DNA of 64,000 bases from Patescibacteria group bacterium (GTDB taxonomy: Bacteria > Patescibacteriota > UBA1384 > CAILIB01): contig JAYRWT010000044.1 in NCBI GenBank assembly GCA_041917855.1, positions 21,563 to 85,562 on the forward strand, in the 5' to 3' direction. Position 1 is the stretch's first letter; each line of letters begins with the position of its first letter. The notes beneath the pieces are model-generated. The model was not told the DNA's origin. It saw only the letters and a program-made list of their open reading frames with translations, and searched no databases. Of the stretch, positions 56,365-64,000 are shown piece by piece. The position numbers and the translations under genes were made by a program.

Positions 56365-56802
56365 GAATTGATCTTTCCCACATTCAGAACCGTCGAATAA
56401 GTAACAGGCAGCGCTTTTGCATAGTGATCTGGCTGAGAAGTGTGTACCGCAAGGTACGTGGATGACTGGTTCACAGCACTCAACCAGAAGGTTACCTTAG
56501 GCTTCAAGCCATACAACCATCTGTCTCTGTGACCACGCCCGCTTCTTGGCTGGATCACTGGGCACAAGCGTTTTTTATTTCAGAGGGGCAACCCGACGGA
56601 ACTGAACCGATCTGCTCCCAGTCTACTGAAACTTTCCTTGCAGGATTGGTGAAGTAGATCGGTGCGCTCAGTAAGCATCGGAATTTGAAAATGAGGTAGT
56701 ATGATCCGCCCGGACGTACATCTCTACATATATAGATTTTTACCAAGCACCAGGTGGGTGTCGCAAGCATGCGTTATATGCACGATTAGGAGCAAAAAAG
56801 AC
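56365..56802 (+). ncRNA. Long structured 5' leader or ncRNA
   Basis: 20-bp helix (56423-56442 with 56540-56559) containing 5 G-U pairs, GCAA tetraloops and a second stem domain. Confidence 0.55.
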
Positions 56803-57921
56803 ATGAAGAAGATCATTCCTCTCGTCGCCCTGGCGCTCGCTCTTGCGGTCGCGCCCATGACCTCTTTCGCCCAAACAACGGGTGGGGGAACCGGTAACGG
56901 CACAGCGACCACCGTGAATAATGGTGGGGCGTCTCGTGCGACCAGTGTTGGGCTCAGCCTCTGGACAGAAGTTCAGAAGTTTAGCCAGGCCGGCCTGGAG
57001 TTGAGCATTAACCTGCGCAACAATCGGTCGGGTCAGCTGGTGACCGGAATCAAGGGCAAGACCCTTGAAATGATTCCTTTTTGGGGAGTCGCTGGCATCG
57101 ATTACACGATCGAGATCGAGATCTTGCCGCAGGCGGCAGGTCTCCGATTCGATCGTAATGGTCGGCCTCTCATGAAAGTGAGGGCTACCGGCGATGACTC
57201 AACTGATCAGCGAATCACGCTGAGCAAGCCTGATGAGAAGGGAAGAGTTGTTGTAAAGATCAACCTGGCTAAGTTCACCGGCGCCGAAATGATCAATTTC
57301 GGGTGCAGGGTGGACATGGCTACAGGAAGAGACTACAGCAAGACTCTCTGTATCACATGGTCAGCTCGCGACCACTACGAAGGGGCGATGGCCCGGATCA
57401 CCATTCCCGTAAAGGGCGTGTGGCCCAAGGACATCCCCCTTAATGACGACAGCGTCGCAGACTACCAAGTCCTCGCCGCGGCCGAGACCGTGACGAATGT
57501 CCCCCAGAACATTGGTGGGATCATTCGTTACGCCAACTCACAAGCCCTGACGGATGCTCTGCGCAGGCTGCACAACCCGCAGCCTGTACAGCAGGATCCG
57601 CCAGTCGTCACGACCCAAACCGTTACTGTCACAGTCGACCAGAAGGGTCGAATTGTTGAGAGTGATTCGGCAAAGTGTCCCTTTGTCGTCTCCACGAAGG
57701 ACGGAGATCTCATCATCAAGGCGTTTAACCCGAGTGAGGTTACAGTCTACTGGAAGCTCCAAGACGGATATAACGTCAACGGAGCTAAGGCAGGCAAAAA
57801 CCTTATCGGTGCCGACCCGCTCGTGATGATGAAAGAGGCCTTGGCCTCCGTAGACATCGAGTGGAAAGACCTGGACGGCAAGGTTCACGTGTACATCGTG
57901 AACCTGGCCTCCGCCAACTGA
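56803..57921 (+). CDS. Secreted hypothetical protein
   Basis: AGGAG site; MKKIIPLVALALALAVAPMTSFA signal peptide. Confidence 0.7.
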   Translation: MKKIIPLVALALALAVAPMTSFAQTTGGGTGNGTATTVNNGGASRATSVGLSLWTEVQKFSQAGLELSINLRNNRSGQLVTGIKGKTLEMIPFWGVAGIDYTIEIEILPQAAGLRFDRNGRPLMKVRATGDDSTDQRITLSKPDEKGRVVVKINLAKFTGAEMINFGCRVDMATGRDYSKTLCITWSARDHYEGAMARITIPVKGVWPKDIPLNDDSVADYQVLAAAETVTNVPQNIGGIIRYANSQALTDALRRLHNPQPVQQDPPVVTTQTVTVTVDQKGRIVESDSAKCPFVVSTKDGDLIIKAFNPSEVTVYWKLQDGYNVNGAKAGKNLIGADPLVMMKEALASVDIEWKDLDGKVHVYIVNLASAN

Positions 57922-57931
57922 GAGAAAAAGA

Positions 57932-59050
57932 ATGAAGTTTATCGCTTTAATCATCAGTCTGGTCTTGGCCGCTTGCGGCTTTGGTCAGACCCTCGACATC
58001 AAGCCAACGAACTCCGGTTCGGTGGCTACAACCAAGGACACGGTGACCATCTACCGTATGGAAAGAAAGGACGGAGTCGTCCAACAGACCATCAAAGTGA
58101 TGCCCGCCAGCACACCAGAAGAGCGTGCAGCGGTGGTAGCCCAGCGAGGCTTCCGTACAATCAACCTTGCGAAGGTGTCTGCCGAGAAAAAGGCGGCACT
58201 TGCAAGGGCTGAGCTGTCGGAGGCTCAGTTGAATGCTCGGCAGGGGATTGCGGCGGAGTTTCCGCCCGGGGCCTTCTACCAAGCGGACTACAGCGACGTG
58301 GCAATGTTCACCTCACACACTGAGCGGATTACCCAAGGTCACTACGACCCTGATCCTATGGTGTGGAAAGGTGTAGAACGTGTTCGGCTTCCTCACGAGG
58401 CCCAACCGCTGCTCGGGTGGATGGTCTTCAAGAAGCGGTCAGGAATCAAGTACTACCGGTTTGGTTACGTTGACGAAAATGAAGACGTAGTTGGCCTGAG
58501 TACTCCTGATCCGGCGACCGGAAAGTCGAAACCATTGTTCTACACTGAGGTTTGGAGCCACCCCCAAGCGGGAGGAAAAACCACCGAGGCGTACCTGAAC
58601 TTTGGTTTCGCCACCAATGCCACACGCTGCAAAAACCACTTCCCAACAGTCACGCTCAGCAGCTCCGCCTTCATGGTGGAGCGACCGACCTTGACCAAGC
58701 AAGTGGATCGCTACCGAGAGGTGGTGCGCACACTTACTACTACGGTCACCACCACAGTGGAGAAGACCGTCAGGGTGAACGTGCCGCAGGTGCCTAACAT
58801 GGGTGGAGGGATATTCATCGCCTTCAACGGCTATAGCCAGGTCAATGACAGTCAGCAGATCCGGACGGAGATGATCACTATGGATCTCTTCTTCTTTAGC
58901 GCAGGCTGCCGTCGTCTGCCCAAAACTGTCTGTGATGACGGTTGGGCCATTGACTGGGACAACCTTCCAGGCAGCTTTGGCGATACTGGTCCCAACCCGT
59001 GGTTGGGCGGGGACACCGAATGGGGTCCACCACCTCCTCGGGGAGGCTAG
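57932..59050 (+). CDS. Secreted hypothetical protein
   Basis: MKFIALIISLVLAACGFG signal-like N-terminus; Thr/Val-rich and Pro/Gly-rich tail. Confidence 0.68.
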   Translation: MKFIALIISLVLAACGFGQTLDIKPTNSGSVATTKDTVTIYRMERKDGVVQQTIKVMPASTPEERAAVVAQRGFRTINLAKVSAEKKAALARAELSEAQLNARQGIAAEFPPGAFYQADYSDVAMFTSHTERITQGHYDPDPMVWKGVERVRLPHEAQPLLGWMVFKKRSGIKYYRFGYVDENEDVVGLSTPDPATGKSKPLFYTEVWSHPQAGGKTTEAYLNFGFATNATRCKNHFPTVTLSSSAFMVERPTLTKQVDRYREVVRTLTTTVTTTVEKTVRVNVPQVPNMGGGIFIAFNGYSQVNDSQQIRTEMITMDLFFFSAGCRRLPKTVCDDGWAIDWDNLPGSFGDTGPNPWLGGDTEWGPPPPRGG

Positions 59051-59094
59051 TCCAAAAAGCGGTTAACTCACCGCGCCCAAACGAGAAATTCTCA

Positions 59095-59130
59095 GGCCTA
59101 CCTTGCCAACGCGAGGGGGCCTGATTTTTT
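59095..59130 (+). terminator. Intrinsic terminator
   Basis: AGGCCT..GGGCCT hairpin followed by a T-run. Confidence 0.55.
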
Positions 59131-59332
59131 ATTGCAAAAAGTTCATGTCAATTTCACATATAACCTGCTACCAGAGCCTTTTTCTATTGACAAATCTGTA
59201 AAAAAATGGTAAATAGAAATGTTAACAGTGTTACGGGTAGTCAGTCGTGAGACTGCCTCACCACCGCTTAACGAATACCCGCTCCTATAGCTAAAAAGGA
59301 GAAGGTACAGTTTAATCGTAACGTACACACAT

Positions 59333-61276
59333 ATGCTATCGCTTTTCACAAAGCTAGCGCGTGCTGCTAAAAAGCTACTTCCGGTAGCTGTACTCGGTCT
59401 TGCTGCGTCTGCTGGTGTCCTCACTGCAGTTGCTGACGGTCCAGAGTTCAACAACGGAGCGCTTGATCCCGCAACACTGCGCGGTGTAATCGCTGGGGAG
59501 AGTGCAAACAACCTCTCTACCACGGTTAACGCCACTGTAGGTCAGACGGTAAACCTAGTTATCTGGGTTCACAACAACCGCCCTGATACTACTGCTATCA
59601 ACACTCGGGCTAAGGTAGCCCTCCCGAGTACCATCGGCACTACCCACCAGGCAACTGGGCGAGTAAGCGCTGATAACGCAAGTCCTGCGAATGGTCTCAC
59701 CACTATCAACGTAGGCACCGAGAGTAAGCTCTCGTATGTGCCAAACTCCGCGCGTCTGTACAAGGCAGTTCCTAACGGAAACCAACTTGTCATGACCGAA
59801 GTTTCTTGGCCACAGGGTACAAATGGTAACGATGTAGTTGGTCCTAATGGTGTTAACCTAGGCAACATCAACGGTTGTTACCAGTACACACAGGCAGTTC
59901 TTATTCAGGTGCGTGTCGATGGAACCACTCCACAGATTACCGCCGAAAAGAAAGTTGCCAAGAGTGATGGTACAGGTGAAGCAGACACTATTGCTGCTAA
60001 CCCCAATGACCGCGTTCGTTTCCGCATTTACGTGCGAAACACTGGTACCGGAACAGGTACCAACACTACTGTTGTAGATACCCTCGACGCTAAGTTGAGC
60101 TATGTCGCCGGTAGTTCATGGATTCGCTACAAAGAAAACGGTGTAGATAAGGATTACAACTTCAACGATGCTGGTTCAGACATCGCGTTTGAAACCCTCG
60201 CTGATGGTAAGACCAAGATTACGTGGAAGTGGCGCGATATGGCTCCAGCTGCCTCGTCTTCGTTCTACCTGTACTTTAACGCTCGCCTCGCTGACACTAA
60301 CGCCTTCCCAATTGGTGACACAACTATCCCTAACACTGCGAACGCATGTTTCGGCACCCTGTGTACAACCACCAATCAGGTAACAGTTACTGTTCACCGC
60401 GATGTTGACCCAGTTGTAAGCTTCACCCTTGCAAAGGCTGCAGCTAACCTTGGTTCAAGCGAGTGGAAAGAAATTGTTCCCCTAAACGCTGTTCCTGGTG
60501 AGACCATCGCTTTCCGCCTGGTTCTTACCAACACCGGTAACACTACCGCTACCAACGTTACCCTTAAGGATATCCTACCTAACGGGCTGACTTTCGTTCC
60601 TGGTTACACGTATCTGTATAACAAGGACACAGGTAGCAACGGTTCTCAGATTACCAACGACACCGTTCTGGTGAACAATGGGTACGTATTCGCCTCTGTG
60701 GCAACTGGTACCCTCAACCAACAGATTATCGTGTTCCGCGCTAAGGTTGCGGACACCGTCTGTGGCAGCATTATCAATACTGCAAAAGTGTTCTGGAATA
60801 ACGCCGAACGCGCTCAAGACACCGCTGAAGTTATTGCTAACTGCCAGCCAGGTCTGAACATTGTAAAGCAGGTAAAGGACAACACTACCAGTGCATACTT
60901 GAAGGAAATCTTCAATGTACGTGAGAGTGAAGTACTAACCTTCCGTGTTGTGGTAAGTAACACCGGTAACACCACACTGAACAACGTAGTTGCTCGCGAT
61001 GTGTTGCCAGCTGGTCTCAGCTTTGTACCGGGTAGCCTGACCATTGACGGTCAGCGTTACAACGACACTGATGCCGCTAAGTTCTTCAACGCTGGTCTCA
61101 TTTTGACCAACCTGACTCAGAACATGAGCAAGACCATCATTTACCAGGTACGCGTTCCTGATTGTCCAAACGACGATCTGCGTCTCGTGAACACCGCGTT
61201 CGCCAAGGCTACTGGTATTGCCGAAAAGAACGACACTGCGATTGTTAACGTTAAAGTCCGTATCCCTGGCTTTTAA
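59333..61276 (+). CDS. Secreted multi-DUF11 (isopeptide-type Ig-like) surface protein
   Basis: Signal peptide; repeated K..NTG..D(T/I/V)L..(Y/F)V(A/P)G..NTA units. Confidence 0.8.
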   Translation: MLSLFTKLARAAKKLLPVAVLGLAASAGVLTAVADGPEFNNGALDPATLRGVIAGESANNLSTTVNATVGQTVNLVIWVHNNRPDTTAINTRAKVALPSTIGTTHQATGRVSADNASPANGLTTINVGTESKLSYVPNSARLYKAVPNGNQLVMTEVSWPQGTNGNDVVGPNGVNLGNINGCYQYTQAVLIQVRVDGTTPQITAEKKVAKSDGTGEADTIAANPNDRVRFRIYVRNTGTGTGTNTTVVDTLDAKLSYVAGSSWIRYKENGVDKDYNFNDAGSDIAFETLADGKTKITWKWRDMAPAASSSFYLYFNARLADTNAFPIGDTTIPNTANACFGTLCTTTNQVTVTVHRDVDPVVSFTLAKAAANLGSSEWKEIVPLNAVPGETIAFRLVLTNTGNTTATNVTLKDILPNGLTFVPGYTYLYNKDTGSNGSQITNDTVLVNNGYVFASVATGTLNQQIIVFRAKVADTVCGSIINTAKVFWNNAERAQDTAEVIANCQPGLNIVKQVKDNTTSAYLKEIFNVRESEVLTFRVVVSNTGNTTLNNVVARDVLPAGLSFVPGSLTIDGQRYNDTDAAKFFNAGLILTNLTQNMSKTIIYQVRVPDCPNDDLRLVNTAFAKATGIAEKNDTAIVNVKVRIPGF

Positions 61277-61362
61277 GCCTGGGGTACTGGACAACGTTAG
61301 AAAAACGTGCTATAGTAGCGCGAAATCGCAAGTACAGCACGTATTAACCCTAACGCAACCGT

Positions 61363-62637
61363 ATGATCAATCGTAGCAACACAATCCGAAACATTCTCGG
61401 TGTGTTGGCCATTGCCTCACTGCTGGGTGGAGTAACCTCCTCTGCTCTTGCCGCTGAGCGCGCTCGTTTCAATGACCTTAGTGGTGACCTTGAAATGCTG
61501 CGTGGCCGTAATATTACCAAGAATGGTCCGGTAACCAAAGTTGGTTCAGATCTTATCGATCCTGTATCCGACGTAGAGAATAATGACCTGGTAGATGTGT
61601 GGTTGTACTACCACAACACCAACCCGAGTGCAGTAGCTGAGAATGTTCGCCTAAGGGTAAACCTTCCTACTACCGCCTCGTATAGCCACAAGATTACAGG
61701 ATCGATTTCTGCAGATAACGCAGACACTGTAACCGGTACCGTGGTGAACGGTGTAGAAAAAGGTCAGCCAGGCATGACCATTAACACGGTCAAACTATCT
61801 AAGATCAATTACGTTCCAGGTTCCTTCAAGTGGTACCCGAACGTAACCAGTCTAGGTATTACCAATTCAGCAGCCCTCCCAGGTGGTCAGAACGGTGACA
61901 CGCTTGTTTCAGGTGGTATCACCATCGGCGATCTGAACGGTTGTTTCCAGTACTCTGGTTTCGTAAAGGTTACCGTTAAGGTAATCGACGAGCCGGTACA
62001 GGAAGATAAGGCCATCCTTTCGGTTTCTAAGGACGTTCGTCTCGATCAGAGCGGTACGGTCTTTACCGAAGAGAACCGTATCAAACCAGGTGAGCAGGTT
62101 GTGTACCGTCTAACCGTTCGCAACAGCGATGGTAAGGGTATTGCCAAGAACGTTCGCCTAAAAGATACACTGCCTGCTGGCGTAACCTATGTTGGTCCAA
62201 CATACCTGACCCGCAACGGTAACACTGTACAGCTTCCAGATGGAATCACCTCTGCTGAAGGTATTGTCATCTTGAGTGATCTCCAGCCACTGGAAACGGT
62301 CACCGTAACCTTTAAAGCTAAGTCTGCTACTACCTTTGTTAACGACTCCTGTGTTGTGAACACCGTTCGCGTCTCAGGTCAGAACGTGGCAAACAACCCA
62401 GCAGATGATACTGCCAAGACGTGTTTCGATGTGCCGCCTACTCCTACTCCGACCCCAACCCCTACACCAACTCCAACTACTCCTCCGGTGAACCCACCGC
62501 ATGAGCTGCCAAAGACTGGTGCCGAGGTTAACCTGCTTGCAGGTCTTGGTCTCGTAGGTGCCGCCGGTACAACTGGCCGCTACCTCCAGCTTAAGCGCAA
62601 GCTGAAGAAGAGTGCTCGTTCGCTCGACATCATCTAA
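61363..62637 (+). CDS. DUF11 surface protein with an LPxTG sorting signal
   Basis: Signal peptide, DUF11 unit, (PT)n stalk, LPKTG, hydrophobic segment and KRKLKK tail. Confidence 0.8.
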   Translation: MINRSNTIRNILGVLAIASLLGGVTSSALAAERARFNDLSGDLEMLRGRNITKNGPVTKVGSDLIDPVSDVENNDLVDVWLYYHNTNPSAVAENVRLRVNLPTTASYSHKITGSISADNADTVTGTVVNGVEKGQPGMTINTVKLSKINYVPGSFKWYPNVTSLGITNSAALPGGQNGDTLVSGGITIGDLNGCFQYSGFVKVTVKVIDEPVQEDKAILSVSKDVRLDQSGTVFTEENRIKPGEQVVYRLTVRNSDGKGIAKNVRLKDTLPAGVTYVGPTYLTRNGNTVQLPDGITSAEGIVILSDLQPLETVTVTFKAKSATTFVNDSCVVNTVRVSGQNVANNPADDTAKTCFDVPPTPTPTPTPTPTPTTPPVNPPHELPKTGAEVNLLAGLGLVGAAGTTGRYLQLKRKLKKSARSLDII

Positions 62638-62649
62638 GCTAGCTTGGAA

Positions 62650-62679
62650 AGAAAAGGCTCCCTCCGGGGAGTCTTTTCT
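62650..62679 (+). terminator. Intrinsic terminator
   Basis: AGAAAAGGCTCCC-TCCG-GGGAGTCTTTTCT. Confidence 0.75.
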
Positions 62680-62694
62680 GATACCCTGAAAACC

Positions 62695-63765
62695 ATGAAA
62701 CAGGAGTTAGAGGCTCGATTTATTCGAATCTGCGAAGTGCTGCAGCGATCTACCAAGCAAGCACGCCTGTTAGAAGTGCGAGCTGCTGTATCTGATCCGA
62801 CCCTCTGGGATGACCAAGAACGTGCTGTAGGCCTTCAGACTGAGCTCTCAGAGCTTGAAAGCCTAATCACACGCCTAGATGATACTGAGGCCCTTCTTGA
62901 GCTTTCTGAGCAGGAACAGGAGCTATCCGATGTGGCTATCGAGATCGCAAACCTCGAGCGCCTAGCTATTTTGTCCGGTGAGCACGACAATGCCACTGCA
63001 ATTCTGACTATTCACGCAGGTACTGGCGGTACCGACGCGCAAGATTGGGCTCAAATGCTCGAAAGAATGTTTTTGCGCTATGTAGAATCTGGAACGACTG
63101 AACTGCCAGAAGATCGTACGCTGAGCGTTCTGCGCAGTAACTGGAAAGCAGAGCTCTTAGATGAGAATAGGGGAGAAGAGGCGGGAATAAAAAAAGCTAC
63201 TATCCGAGTAACGGGCTCGTATGCCTTTGGCCTGCTTAAGGCAGAAGCGGGAGTGCATCGCCTGGTACGGCAGTCACCATTTAATGCCAAAGGTTTGCGC
63301 CAGACGAGCTTTGCCTTGGTAGAGGTAATTCCAGAGGTAGACCAGAGTAAAGCCCCTCAGATTGCTGAATCTGAGCTGAAAATTGATGTCTTTCGCTCCG
63401 GTGGAGCTGGTGGCCAGCATGTAAATACTACTGATTCGGCCGTCAGAATAACCCATATCCCCAGTGGTATCGTGGTAACCGTGCAGAATGAACGCAGTCA
63501 GCAGCAGAATAAGGCCACCGCTCTTAAAATCCTGCAATCTAGGCTTAGTCTGTTGCAAGCCCTGAAAAACGCTGAGGAACTTGCTATACTCAAGGGCGAG
63601 GTAAAAGAGGGAAGTTGGGGGAACCAAATTCGCTCCTATGTGCTTCACCCATACCAGCTGGTTAAAGATCATCGTACCGAATACGAAACCTCACAGACCA
63701 CAGCCGTCCTCGACGGTGATTTACAAGGATTCATTGAGGCCTATTTAACTAAAACAACCGTGTAG
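62695..63765 (+). CDS. prfB: Peptide chain release factor 2
   Basis: GGTDAQDWA, GVHRLVRQSPF (SPF), GAGGQHVN and WGNQIRSYV. Confidence 0.93.
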   Translation: MKQELEARFIRICEVLQRSTKQARLLEVRAAVSDPTLWDDQERAVGLQTELSELESLITRLDDTEALLELSEQEQELSDVAIEIANLERLAILSGEHDNATAILTIHAGTGGTDAQDWAQMLERMFLRYVESGTTELPEDRTLSVLRSNWKAELLDENRGEEAGIKKATIRVTGSYAFGLLKAEAGVHRLVRQSPFNAKGLRQTSFALVEVIPEVDQSKAPQIAESELKIDVFRSGGAGGQHVNTTDSAVRITHIPSGIVVTVQNERSQQQNKATALKILQSRLSLLQALKNAEELAILKGEVKEGSWGNQIRSYVLHPYQLVKDHRTEYETSQTTAVLDGDLQGFIEAYLTKTTV

Positions 63766-63767
63766 CT

Positions 63768-64000
63768 ATGGCAAATCCATTCTCAAAAGCAAAGGACACC
63801 TACGAGCTCGTCAAAAAGGCAAAAGCCTTACAAAAAGAGCTCAAAGAAACAGAGGTCGAGGCGAGCAACTCTGACGAAACACTGACGGTAGTATTCAATG
63901 GTGAACAGCGTTTAATCAGTGTAGACATCGACGAAAGCTGGCTCGAACCTGACAAAAAGCGCGATCTAGAAAAAGCTCTCGTGAACGTAATCGGCCAGGC
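63768..64000 (+). CDS. YbaB/EbfC nucleoid-associated protein, truncated by the window end
   Basis: Manual translation MANPFSKAKDTYELVKKAKALQKELKETEVEA..LTVVFNGEQRLISVDID. Confidence 0.75.
   Translation, partial: MANPFSKAKDTYELVKKAKALQKELKETEVEASNSDETLTVVFNGEQRLISVDIDESWLEPDKKRDLEKALVNVIGQ

Noticed and set aside
42686-56556. Shared CTTCT(T)GGCTGGATC between the 42.7-kb RNA (minus) and the 56.5-kb leader (plus)
   Set aside because: Only 10 contiguous identical bases, in different structural contexts; plausible by chance.
56701-56802. N-terminal extension of the 406-aa ORF, and similar extensions at 2917, 3446, 17837, 23444, 37489 and 62644
   Set aside because: Downstream starts fit signal peptides, ribosome binding sites or -10 spacing better, and several extensions overlap terminators, promoters or neighbouring genes.
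62435-62490. CCTACT/CCAACT-type tandem repeats
   Set aside because: They simply encode the Pro-Thr stalk of the LPxTG protein.
1353-63672. Numerous short ORFs antisense to or nested within recognised genes
   Set aside because: Shadow ORFs with no motifs or expression signals.
1-64000. CRISPR array, retron, diversity-generating retroelement, prophage or IS transposase
   Set aside because: No regularly spaced repeats, reverse transcriptase, cas, phage structural or transposase ORFs recognised.

Overview
The window looks like a Patescibacteria (CPR)-type bacterial chromosome using the standard genetic code. This is an inference from the short housekeeping genes, a type IV pilus locus without a secretin, heliorhodopsin and LPxTG/DUF11 surface proteins. 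Layout: (1) 0-11 kb: redox and transport genes (HxlR regulator, SnoaL protein, FMN reductase, lactate permease, an ApbE/FMN-binding/RnfD-FNR flavinylation module, serine hydrolase, MgtA, CcdA-thioredoxin). (2) 11-24 kb: accessory region (ECF sigma with a membrane beta-propeller partner, heliorhodopsin, two degenerate M23 proteins, two divergent guanylate kinases, a transglutaminase-like enzyme coupled to an unannotated 57-aa peptide). (3) 24-26 kb: tRNA-Thr/Thr/Tyr/Trp and rpmG, with an HNH gene inserted. (4) 26-41.5 kb: type IV pilus cluster with a pilGHI-like ABC module. (5) 41.5-56 kb: housekeeping genes (rsmH, rnhA, ileS, rodA, rplU, secE, nusG, rplK, short mfd, dprA, topA, recR, cysS). 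(6) 56-64 kb: secreted and surface proteins, prfB and partial ybaB. The most notable unexplained signals are two minus-strand structured RNAs with their own promoters (about 42.4-42.7 kb and 49.0 kb). Each exposes an anti-Shine-Dalgarno sequence in a hairpin loop, in a window where many genes appear leaderless. Also notable are a roughly 440-nt highly structured leader at 56.4-56.8 kb and the candidate enzyme plus precursor-peptide pair at 21.6-23.3 kb. All calls were made by eye, with no database searches or folding runs.
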